The notes below the pieces were generated by a model that did not search any database, was not told where the DNA came from, and was given only the letters and a program-made list of their open reading frames with translations. Shown in pieces: positions 1 to 9,958 of a stretch of DNA of 64,000 bases; within the stretch, counting starts at the first letter, position 1, and every line of letters begins with the position of its first letter. A program made the translations under genes and the position numbers. This stretch comes from Minutocellus sp. GHC0000111 (Eukaryota). The stretch spans positions 4,216,001 through 4,280,000 of the forward strand of contig OZ361258.1 of assembly GCA_977018835.1 (NCBI GenBank). Direction: 5' to 3'.

Positions 1-313
1 TGCCAAGGAGGGCGCCAAGTGGGGCGAGTTCGTCGAGATCTTCAAGACCAACCCCATCGTTTCCGCCAACCTCATCGCCTCCGGCCTTTGGTTCTACGGC
101 TACAACGAGCTCGCCACCATGACCCTCAAGAAGACCGGCGCCGTCACCCAGTCCGTCGCCAACACCGCCAAGCGCGTCATCGTCATCGTCGGCGTTGCCA
201 TCGTCCTTGGCGAGTCCCTCGACCCCATCAAGCTCCTTGGCTGTGCCATCGGCATTGGCGGTGTCCTCCTCTACTCCACCATTGACACCCTCCTTGCCAA
301 GAAGGACGAGTAA
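1..313 (+). CDS. Triose-phosphate/phosphate translocator family (DMT) protein, 3' partial view (C-terminal end)
   Basis: Frame continues upstream of ORF 119..313: SGLWFYGYNELATMTLKKTGAVTQSVANTAKRVIVIV..GCAIGIGGVLLYS, the characteristic TPT C-terminus. Strong C-ending codon bias. Confidence 0.85.
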   Translation, partial: AKEGAKWGEFVEIFKTNPIVSANLIASGLWFYGYNELATMTLKKTGAVTQSVANTAKRVIVIVGVAIVLGESLDPIKLLGCAIGIGGVLLYSTIDTLLAKKDE

Positions 314-731
314 ATATTGGGATATTGGAGAATCGAAGACTGTTATATATGTGTGACTCTATGGAAATGCTTTGTGGGTCGGAGATGCATCGCTTCGAGA
401 CTGCCTGTGTTGGGCAATTGGATCGGGACATGTGCGTACCCGCCTGCGGAACTGGATCCTAGCTAATGGTGTTGCGCCCATCTGCTGCATGTGGCGTAAT
501 CCGAAACAAGATGAATTTTGACATATTTGCATTTCAATCCGAGGGGAGATCTATGAGTAGAATACCGCATATTGCTGCTTATAGATATCACAAATTGTTT
601 TGCAACGCAAAGGAATATCTGCATAGTTGATCATACTGTCAAGATATTTGTCACAATGTTTTTAAGAACTATGGGGGCATTGCAGCAAAGAGATCTCCAT
701 AACTCGCGAAAAGAATCAGCCTTCACCTTTC

Positions 732-1585
732 TTACAACTCATCCCGCTCATCCATTCCGCCCTTGGCGGTAAAGACGGCCTTCATGAGATTGAAATTGGA
801 CTCCTTCTTCAGCGTCTTGATCTTCAGATCGAATTCCTCCATAAACTTCTCGTATGCATCCTGCAACTTCTCAATCTCATCCTCCCGCTTCTCCTCGGTA
901 TTGTCAATCTCGGTGATAATCCTGACAATTTCCGCCCTCAATTCATCCGTCGGCATGAGCTGGAATCGCTCGATCGCCGCCTTCTTGTCATCGTCGCAGA
1001 GGTCGATATTGGACGGGCTGCAGCTGGGCTTGAGATTGTCCTTGGCGAAGGCCGCCATGGCCTCGTAATCGCGCTCGCCCTCGTAGTCCTCCAAACCGGC
1101 GGCCGTGTCGCCGAATTTCAGGGTGGGGAATCCCTCGATCCCCTCCTCGTCACACACAATCTCGGTATCCTCCGACGTGCAGTCTACCTCGGCGATGAGG
1201 GCGGAATCGTTGTTGGCATAATCGGCGGCCAACTTCTCCCAATCGCTCGCCATCGATTTGCAGTGTCCGCCTGGGCATTTAGTTGGAAATGGGCAATGAA
1301 ATAATGAGAGAGGTAAGAAGGGGTTGAAAGAACACGAACCTCAGATCCGTCACTTTTATTACTATTACGAGTTCTTATTGATTCCCATCAAAACCACGTG
1401 TAACTTTTGCAGACAAATGCTGAAATATTTGTGCGTCAAATGAATTTATTTGACTCACACCATGGCGCGAAGAATTTGATAAAGACCGGCTTCCCCGCGG
1501 TCAACTCTTCGTAATTTGCATCGGTCAGGCTGAGGACGTCGGCCGAGGCGGCGGTGACAAGGAGCGCAGCGGTAAGGAGCTTCAT
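732..1585 (-). CDS. Protein disulfide isomerase-like thioredoxin, 2 exons (1585-1459, 1270-732)
   Basis: Signal peptide MKLLTAALLVTAASA. Splicing the GTGAGT..CAG intron 1458-1271 rebuilds FFAPWCGHCKS. Also IAEVDCT and GFPTLKFG motifs, and a C-terminal ER retention signal RDEL. Confidence 0.92.
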
Positions 1586-2601
1586 GGTTGCTTGGCTTTG
1601 CTTTTTTTTGCGTTGTTTTGCTTTTCGCATGAATTGCTGCTGCATTCTTTTGGTGGTCTCCGGGTTGTTTCGGCGATGTTGACTGATCCCAGGGGGGGGG
1701 GGCTCGAGGAGAAAGGGGAAGACAAGGGAACGGAAGGGACGGCGTCATGAATTTTTCTCTCCCCCTCTTTTTTTACTGTCGGGTTAATTGTTAATATAAT
1801 TGTAAAACCTGCCAGTAAAACGACAGCCAAAAAAGGTAATTTGTGAGACAATTTGTAATAAATATGATTCTTTTGACGAAACCTTTGTCATTTGTGATGC
1901 GTCTTTTCTTCGTCAGGTTAGAAAAACTGTCCGTCGTTCGTGTAAGGATCGGCAAATTAGCAGCATGAATTTTAAAAACTGCCAGCAAAATCACAATATT
2001 TTTCACCAAGTGTTGAGACAATTATTGAAAATTATTGCTTTTTAATTAGTTCCTTTGCAAATTCCAGTGACGAAGAGGGAGATCTGATCTTTCTTTGTTC
2101 AAGGCACCTTTGCATGTGCTGTCAAGGTGCGGCAAAAAGTGAATGCTTGCGCACTGTGCATTGCATCGCTGCATTTGAATCGCCAATTTGCATCTTTGCG
2201 CATCGAACAGTGTCGTGTATTGGCATGCGAGCGCATTTCATCCCGACGAACGATTGGCGAAGTCTCATCGAACAGGCAGGTGCTGCAACATTTATTTGGG
2301 CACAGCAAGTTCGGGTGCTGTTGCCACTACGTGTTTCGTCAGCCATTGTTTGATTGGCATCACACGGCATCGCACGGATTTCTCTGTTATTACTGACTGA
2401 TTTGATCGTTTGTGTTAGCAGCAATGTCGTTTTCTTATCCCGGGCGAGACATCCAAACACATGCTCTTTCGATGCCTTTCTTTGGGCAGAATCCCATAAC
2501 CAGCACATGGCTCACACCGTGTTGTGACACCAAGAAAGATAAGAAGTGCGGTCCTCGAAGTCATTCCACGAAATGGAGTTGGTTCCAATGGAAGAAATAT
2601 T

Positions 2602-3015
2602 TCATGATTGAGAGTAAACGACGGCATTAATGATTCGACTTTTCCCGGAGCCTCCTGGTCCAGTCATGAACATAATCATTTGCGACTTGCCTTTCATGGA
2701 TCTAAGCTCATTTTTCATTCTTTGCAGTTTGGAACGAGTTCCCGTTCGTCCTGTTTCCGGAGCAGGACCAAACTCTTTTGCATCCTCAATCCATGTCAGA
2801 ACAAAAGAACTAACAATGCATTTGAATGCTGAGGTCTGTTTCTCGTCCATGTGATGTCCTCGTGCCCAAGCTTTCATGGATTCCTTGGAGCCACAAGCAA
2901 TGTCAGGAATCTTAAGCTCATCATCATTTTCGAATTGCCTCTGCTTGTTTCGATAGTCACCTTCTTTTAGCCATAGCGTAACCAGTGTCTCTTTGTGCGT
3001 CTTGCTTCTCCCCAT
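2602..3015 (-). pseudogene. Truncated Helitron RepHel/Pif1-type helicase fragment (Walker A region)
   Basis: DEKQTSAFKCIVSSFVL..LRSMKGKSQMIMFMTGPGGSGKSRIINAVV, truncated immediately after the P-loop. Confidence 0.65.
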
Positions 3016-3079
3016 GAATGTTGGTTCCGATTCCGTTCTCTCTCGGCAGACTCTCTAGAAAAAAATACGGATCCCTTCT

Positions 3080-3821
3080 ATGCATGAACTCATGGTGTTC
3101 AAGAATATCTCTCAAAAACTGCAGAGATTGAAAGCATGTCTTGGTCGCTTGACGACTTCGAGCTCTCTCAGCTAAAATGCCGCTGTGCGTCTTGTTGCAG
3201 AGACAGGTAGACTCAATGCAAAACATTGCTTCTGACTGGAACGTGTCTCATAAAAGACTCACAAGACGGACACTTACAATTGTCTCTGTTATGGCCATTT
3301 GTGTTGTTCAAACACACACACCTAAGACCGGAAATTGCAGTGGTCTGACTCAATTGTCCTAATTGACATCCAGCAATGACCATGCCCTGCAGATGTTGCA
3401 GACTTGCAATGTTTTCATGATGTCTGCTTTCACAACTCAGAAACACATCACGACATTGCCACACCTGCGGTTGTGTGCAAACCCATGCAAGTCAACTTTT
3501 TCCAATTTGGCAAACCCGACGATGAATGGGACCAGACGTTTAACTATGTTCGAATCGACCGACACACCAATCAATCTCAGCATCAAGCAATGTTTGTGCC
3601 CTCCGTGATTTCAGGGCAAAAGGGAAACAAATTGTCCTAACATTGCTAAACTTTTGAAATGTTACAGCACTCATTTGGCGATCAGACACAATGACTAGTG
3701 ACGACACGCATTCGATCATGATCTCTCGAAAGTGTTTGCTAACTTCACAACAACGGACAATGCTCCCTTTCCCGCAAGATGGAAGAAAGGATGCAACAAC
3801 TCCCCAAGCATCGTTGCTCAT
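3080..3821 (-). pseudogene. Disrupted F-box-like protein fragment inside the Helitron-like region
   Basis: NDAWGVVASFLP..IVRCCEVSKHFREIM..VSSLVIVSDRQM..FSNVRTI resembles an F-box plus following region. The continuation is broken by frameshifts and stops, and is Cys/His-rich and Tyr-poor. Confidence 0.45.
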
Positions 3822-4589
3822 GTTCCATGCGAATAAGGTCCAACTTCAACTCGTTTGCAGGACAGAGCCCCCACTTTCCTGAAGACACGGAACAGCTCTT
3901 AATCCAAGGAGATTGCGGCGCGATCAATGCTGCCAACTCGACTCATTCTCTTGTTTTTGCTGAGCTATGTAGCAAAATGGATGGCATGCGGCAGAAGGCC
4001 TCACTCCAACAAGAGTGCATTATTAGCACCAATTTTATAACCTGCCAGTAAAACCACATCTTAAAAATATAGTAATTAAAACGAATGCTACGAAAGGTTT
4101 CGGTTTAGCAAAGGCTGACAGTTAATCTTTTACTCGTCTGTCTTTCGTCCTGCATTACTGGATTAGTACAACAATAAAACCTGCCAGGAAAACCACAGGT
4201 AAAAAGATTAGATTTTCAAACAAACACTAAGAAAGTTTTCGGTTTTATGGAAGTGCCGCCATTGAATATGTCTGTCCTTCTTCAGGATGAACGATAACAA
4301 TAATTCTAAAACCTGCCAGGAAAACCACGAGAAAAAAGACTCATTATTCAAACAAGCGCAAATTAATATTGTGGTATGATGAAGAACTCGCTCAACGCAT
4401 AACGCATTTTCAAAAGCCAAGCAAAGCCGGGGGCTTCAAGAAGTTCAGACCCACAACAATCAATCTCCGAGCCAACACAATACAAGCAACAAAGACGAAT
4501 CCTCAACCGCCGCTGGAAAGAATACAGATACTACCGAAGAAGTCGAGACCAACGACGCTGATAAGTCGACCTCAACAGCCGCCTCAACC

Positions 4590-4870
4590 GCACGCCGAAG
4601 CAGCGGAGGCGGCGAAGGCATGCCGGCGCCCGGACGCACGACCGCACGCCGAAGCAGCGGAGGCGGCGAAGGCATGCCGCCACCCGGACGCACGACCGCA
4701 CGCAATAGCAGTCCAGGCCATACTGGTACCACTCCAAAACGTCAGGTCGCACGCACAAGCAGAGGCGGCGAAGGCATGCCGGCGCCCGGACGCACGACCG
4801 CACGCAATAGCAGTCCAGGCCATACTGGTACCACTCCAAAACGTCAGGTCGCACGCACAAGCAGAGGCGG
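4590..4870 (+). repeat. Nested tandem repeats (54-bp and 102-bp units)
   Basis: GAGGCGGCGAAGGCATGCCG(G/C)C(G/A)CCCGGACGCACGACCGCACGC occurs three times. A 102-bp unit occurs twice (~4657-4758 and 4759-4860). Confidence 0.9.
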
Positions 4871-5765
4871 TCCGCCAATTCCGAAGAAGCATACCAACCT
4901 CCCCCATGTCGACATTGAAATGACCCCGCATAACACTGACTTTGATATCACGAGATTCAAAAACATGACTCACACCGAAGAAATGCCACATGGCGCAATA
5001 GATATTCACTGCAACAACAACATGGTGTCAGCTCTATTCGACATAAATATTGGAGAGCTGCAACGATTCGAGAAATACGACAGTGTGCAGATGAGGCGAC
5101 AGCTTAGCGAGCCTTTCAAGATAGGAGAACTATGGTGGATGTTGGGAATAGAGAAAGAACTTCACTCCGAACCTGATTTGGACTGCAGCGATAATGTTAT
5201 GGATGCGACCAACACGGACAAGAATGACTGTGATGACAGCGATGATGAACCGATGATTGACATTGTCGTCCATCTATTTTGCCTGTCGATCGAATGCGAC
5301 TTCGACCAAGGCCACGGCTATCCAATTCTCATGCCCATCCGCAGAGGAGAAAACATGTTCTCCGCAGAATCTGGCTTGACATTCGGCAACCCAACAAGTT
5401 TCGTCCGCCTACCAGGTTCTATAAATTTCTTCATTGAATCTGGAAGGTCAAATGGAGCTAGAACAATCATTCTCGGAGGAGGAAATGGGCTCATAATGGA
5501 TGGAAAACAGCACTATCCACTTCATGCAACGGTGCTTGAAGACCATCACGACTATGTTCCCGTTGTTAATTCTACTGCAATTAAGGTTGGAGTTGAGTTT
5601 GTAGAAGGAATCCCAACAATCTCAGAGTCATTAGAAGAAAAAGATGACCGAAAAAGATCTGCTGCAAAGAACGAAATAGACGTCAACATAGATGAGGCCA
5701 AATCAAAAGAAGACGGTACGACCAAAAAAAGCAGAAATGAAACACACAACCAATATGAAATGTGA
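4620..5765 (+). CDS. Uncharacterised 381-aa protein within the Helitron-like region (repeat N-terminus, globular central part)
   Basis: Long intact ORF. No family recognised and the start is uncertain. Confidence 0.55.
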   Translation: MPAPGRTTARRSSGGGEGMPPPGRTTARNSSPGHTGTTPKRQVARTSRGGEGMPAPGRTTARNSSPGHTGTTPKRQVARTSRGGPPIPKKHTNLPHVDIEMTPHNTDFDITRFKNMTHTEEMPHGAIDIHCNNNMVSALFDINIGELQRFEKYDSVQMRRQLSEPFKIGELWWMLGIEKELHSEPDLDCSDNVMDATNTDKNDCDDSDDEPMIDIVVHLFCLSIECDFDQGHGYPILMPIRRGENMFSAESGLTFGNPTSFVRLPGSINFFIESGRSNGARTIILGGGNGLIMDGKQHYPLHATVLEDHHDYVPVVNSTAIKVGVEFVEGIPTISESLEEKDDRKRSAAKNEIDVNIDEAKSKEDGTTKKSRNETHNQYEM

Positions 5766-6043
5766 AATACCCTAAGTTATCCAAAATTCACCATGATAGA
5801 CCTATCATAAACTTAAGTTATCCAAACTTCAGTGTACTACATAGCTTTGTGAATGTCTACGTGTAGATAGACCATTAGAGAACCATAGCTCCAGCTCCAG
5901 CGGGAAATACCCTAAGTTATCCAAAATTCACCATGATAGACCTATCATAAACTTAAGTTATCCAAACTTCAGTGTACTACATAGCTTTGTGAATGTCTAC
6001 GTATAGATAGACCATTAGAGAACCATAGCTCCAGCTCCAGCGG
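5764..6043 (+). repeat. 140-bp tandem duplication
   Basis: 5764-5903 equals 5904-6043 except for G5863 versus A6003. Confidence 0.95.
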
Positions 6044-7195
6044 GGGAGCCCGTCGCTCCGCTCCCATATCCCCCCCTCCCCCGCACCCCCTTCCCTCCCT
6101 TTATCTGACACAAAAGAGCGGCAGACTTTCGAAAGCAAGCCGGAATCAACAATTTTTGCAAGAGACCCGGAGACCAACATAAATCAAAGCAACCTCGCCA
6201 GCTCTCTCACCACCTTTTTTCCTTGGTCATTGGCTAAAAAATAATCATTACGCCCGGTTTCGAACCAAAAGTTGATAAAGGCCTTATTTTCTGTGAGGAA
6301 ACATGTGCGATCGGACAACACTTGCACTTTTGGCAGTCATTCCAACGCATGCGCATTTTCGAGTGTTTTAACTGTGAGGGTTAGGGTTGTAATGAATTTT
6401 CGGTCTCGATCGACGAGATGCACGAAGACACCCCAAAAAAGCACATCTTCGACGAACAGTTCCTCAACAAACATGCAACAAAATTCGACCGCACTTGCAC
6501 CCACGAATGCGCAATCATCTAGTCTACCTGCTGTGCAAGTTTCATTGCCATCGGCGACCGCCTTGACAGCCATGTGTGCAAAGTCATCGGTGGTCGCCCT
6601 CATCATAAAAATCTTCATGGCTGAATATTTTGCGAGGCAAAAATTGAAGATAATATACATGGGAAGATTGTCCCGAATCAAACAAAAAAGGGGGTAGCCA
6701 AAATTTCACAGTAAAAGCCTGCCTAAAATGGCGATGCCATCCTCGGCCGGCTTGCTTTTTAGCACCAGAGTCTACATGGCTAACACATGCAACTGAAACA
6801 ATCGTGCAAAATTTTTCGATGCATGCATTTCTTTAAGTAACAACCCTAATGACCCTATGACTTTTGGAGGCAAGGTCCACCAGATCCCCCCTCCACTCCA
6901 CCCCCCACAAATTAATCTTGTTTACACAAGCTAAATTTCTAGTGAGGGCTCGGTTACCTCGAGCCAACTAAATGTCGCCGAACGCGCTGGATGGATTGAC
7001 TTGCTTGCTTGGCGCTTGGAGTTTCTGGGAGAAGCATCATCATCACACACAAAATCTCGTAAAGCAGTTCGCCGGAAAGGCGTGAATCATTCAATCATTC
7101 AAATAATCAGGGCGCAGGCAATTCACCACCACCCAACAAGCCACTTCACGCAAGGAACCATTTCGGTGGCAAGACGAAAGTCCCAGCAGATCGAA

Positions 7196-9222
7196 ATGGA
7201 GGCACCCCATTTTTCGTGGCAACAGCGGCAGCAATATGCGCCGAACAATAATTTCTCCGAAACCACCGGTTGCTTTCCAAGCGTCGGAAACATCGGTAAT
7301 TCGACGGTGGCAGGTCCCGCCTCGGCGCAGGACGACGATGGTGATCTCCCCGACGTCCCCTTGGAAATGCTGCCCAAATTTACCGACCAGGATGCGAAGC
7401 GTGATTTGGCCACCCTCACCATCAACGACATTGTCAAGCTGCAGGCCGATCTTACCGGCATGCAGGCCGGCACGTCGGGCATGTCGGGATTGAACATCGG
7501 CGGCAGTTCCCTCCCAGGTGTCAACGGATTAAATCCTGCACAAAGCAATCAGCTGCTACAAGCTCTTGATCGTGAAATAATGAAATTACCGCCCTCGGCC
7601 ACGGACGCATATCGCCAGGCCCTAGCAAAGTGTCCCGACGAGGTGAGCGCTGAGTGGCGGAAAGTTTTCTTGGAGGGCGAGGAAGGAAACCCTTCTCTCG
7701 CTGCTCGGCGAATGGCAAAATATTGGCAATTTCGACTTGATACATTTGGTCCCGACAAATGCTTTTTGCCCATGACTTTGACTGCTGCGATGGCAGATGA
7801 GTTGATGCCCATGGCCGACAGGCGGGTGTACCAGCTCCTCCCCTGCACTGACGGGGCAGGTCGAGCCATTGTTTACTTGCGATTGGCAAATCGTGATTAT
7901 TCGAGCTACAGTATGGACCAAGAGATTATGTGCTTGTTTTACCTTGTCGAAACGGTCGTAGCAACCAATCGAGGACGAGACCGTGGGTTCGTGCTTCTAA
8001 TTGATGGACGCGACACGAGCCGGAAACATTTGTCGCGAAAATTCCCAAAGTATGTCCATGTCTTTGACAATACTTTTCCCGTTCGGTTGCGAGCATTCCA
8101 CATCTGTCACCCAAACAACGTGATGTTTTATATCATCCATCCGATTGTGAAGCGTTTAATGCCGAAGCATGTTCGGCTTCGAGCGAAGATGCATAATGGA
8201 ACAACGTCCGAGGTACTTCAAAGATTATCAGAATACAACCTCACCCCAGACTGCATTCCGACGGAACTCGGGGGAAACGTAAGTTTGGATATGAACCAAT
8301 TCTTGATGGACAGGATGATGGCGGAAGCAGCTGTTTTTGGCATCCATTTAGAGTCGGCGGGACAAGACGCGGATACTAGCGGTGCTACTGGACTTGCCGA
8401 GGTGGTAGCACCGCCGTCAAAACGCCCACGTAGTGCCGATGGGATGGACATGATGCGCTCAAGTGCATCTCCCCCAGAAATTTCTTCCGCATCATCGGCA
8501 CAATCTCAACCTAGTCCGATCGGAGACGTGATTGGCAGTAGCGTCGCCTCCGTTTCAGTAAAGTCGAAAACGCTTCCCCGAAAAGCCAAGAGGATGGGCC
8601 AGCGCAATGTGGTTGACCCTCGGATGGCCCTTGCGGTCAAGGCGAAGCAGAGCGATCCGGACATGAAGCTCTATGATGCCCTGGTCGCCGGAGGTTTTGT
8701 ATTCACCAACGATCCGGACGAGAGGGAGATGTATGATCAGGATGGTACTAGTTTGACGCAGGTGAGTTTGACAATACATACATATGATGCCGTTATCGTG
8801 ATTGTTCGAAATGCTTTTTCTCTTCAAAAAATAAGCCTCACATTCAATCCCTCGCTCAACCCGCTTCCTTTGAACATGATCAGCGCAAGAACAACCTCTG
8901 TCGTCGGATTCGAATAGAGAAGCAGAAGAAGGGAAAGGAGGCCGGCGAAGGCAAGAAAACACCAGAAGGCAGATCTGCGTCGAAATATGGCGTTGGTGGC
9001 GGAGTTGATGCCTTTTTGGGTGTGGAGTACACGCACAGCGGTGCTCCCGCTCAGCTGGCACCCCAGCCGCAAGCTGTGCCATCTGGCAATGATGCATCTC
9101 TGATTGGGCAAGGGCCTGATGTTCAGCGCAGCGATTTTTTTCTTGAGGAAATTATGGACCTCCCTGACATTGATAACTTTGATGTTGGAGGTGATGATGA
9201 TCTTGGGTTTCTTCAGGATTGA
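7196..9222 (+). CDS. CRAL-TRIO/Sec14-like lipid-binding protein with a C-terminal helical (HTH-like) domain, 2 exons (7196-8761, 8884-9222)
   Basis: AARRMAKYWQFRLDTFG, DGAGRAIV, FPVRLRAFHICHP and IPTELGG are CRAL-TRIO motifs. Removing intron 8762-8883 joins DGTSLTQ to RKNNLCRRIR. Confidence 0.82.
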
Positions 9223-9364
9223 GGAACTACCGTAGTCAAGTGCACAGGCAGCAGGGTGGGGCTTACCGGTACGACTGCTATGTTGTAAAACAGGTGATAG
9301 AAGTGGCTTACTATGTAGCTAGTAGCATTTCGTTCTTGAACTACTTGCACCGGCACCGGTAGTA

Positions 9365-9476
9365 GATCTACCGGGTTGCAGGGAGATGTCATGTAAATAA
9401 TGTACCAATGGTAAACATGATCTACCGGGTTGCAGGGAGATGTCATGTAAATAATGTACCAATGGTAAACATGATC
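9365..9476 (+). repeat. Perfect 54-bp tandem duplication in intergenic DNA
   Basis: GATCTACCGGGTTGCAGGGAGATGTCATGTAAATAATGTACCAATGGTAAACAT occurs twice. Confidence 0.95.
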
Positions 9477-9958
9477 CTCCTTCCTTGTCCGTCCGTCGGT
9501 CCTGTTTTCCCCAGCTTCCAAGTGACGTATCTTTCTGACACAACCACGATCTATGCCCATAAATGACCGCTCCCATGATTTATGCCGCAATAAGATGGTG
9601 CAGACGTCGCTGTGCCGTCGTGACGTTCCTCGCCCTCTCGCCCTCTCCAATCATTCGTCGCAACACCAACGCCGCTTTATTGCCCACAAAGACCCAGTAT
9701 TCTCTGGTCTGACCAATAATAGTTAGCTACATGTAGGCGGCGCAACACCCGTGAATTTGGCCGGTATCTAGTTCGAGCACATAAACGTACTTGCCCATTC
9801 GAAATCAAAAGCAGCCTCGCCGAGCAGCCAGGCATTAATTACTCCGAGGCATCCGACGTCGAGAACTCGAGGCCCAATCGAATATATATTGCCACTAGCT
9901 AGAGTTGCAAAGGTTGACCTGGTTTGCTTCCAAAGCACTGCCTATCAATAATAGATAA

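Larger units (their letters stand above)
1804..4329 (+). repeat. Dispersed ~22-bp direct motif AAAACCTGCCAG(T/G)AAAACCAC, 5 copies
   Basis: Copies at 1804-1825, 1974-1995, 4037-4058, 4176-4197 and 4308-4329, all in the same orientation within AT-rich non-coding DNA. Confidence 0.85.
1700..6965. mobile_element. Degenerate Helitron-like region with captured fragments; boundaries approximate
   Basis: Contains a Pif1-like helicase fragment, an F-box-like pseudogene, a 22-bp motif repeated five times, tandem duplications and TpA-poor tracts. A small hairpin lies at 6947-6965. Confidence 0.45.

Noticed and set aside
1804..4329. CRISPR-like array from the 22-bp repeated motif
   Set aside because: Spacers are over 100 bp and irregular, the two clusters are 2 kb apart, there are no cas genes and the context is eukaryotic.
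6938..6970. Canonical Helitron 3' end (hairpin plus CTRR|T)
   Set aside because: A hairpin is present, with CTAG on the minus strand and CTAA on the plus strand nearby, but neither is followed by T and the orientation does not match the helicase fragment cleanly. Kept only as a tentative boundary.
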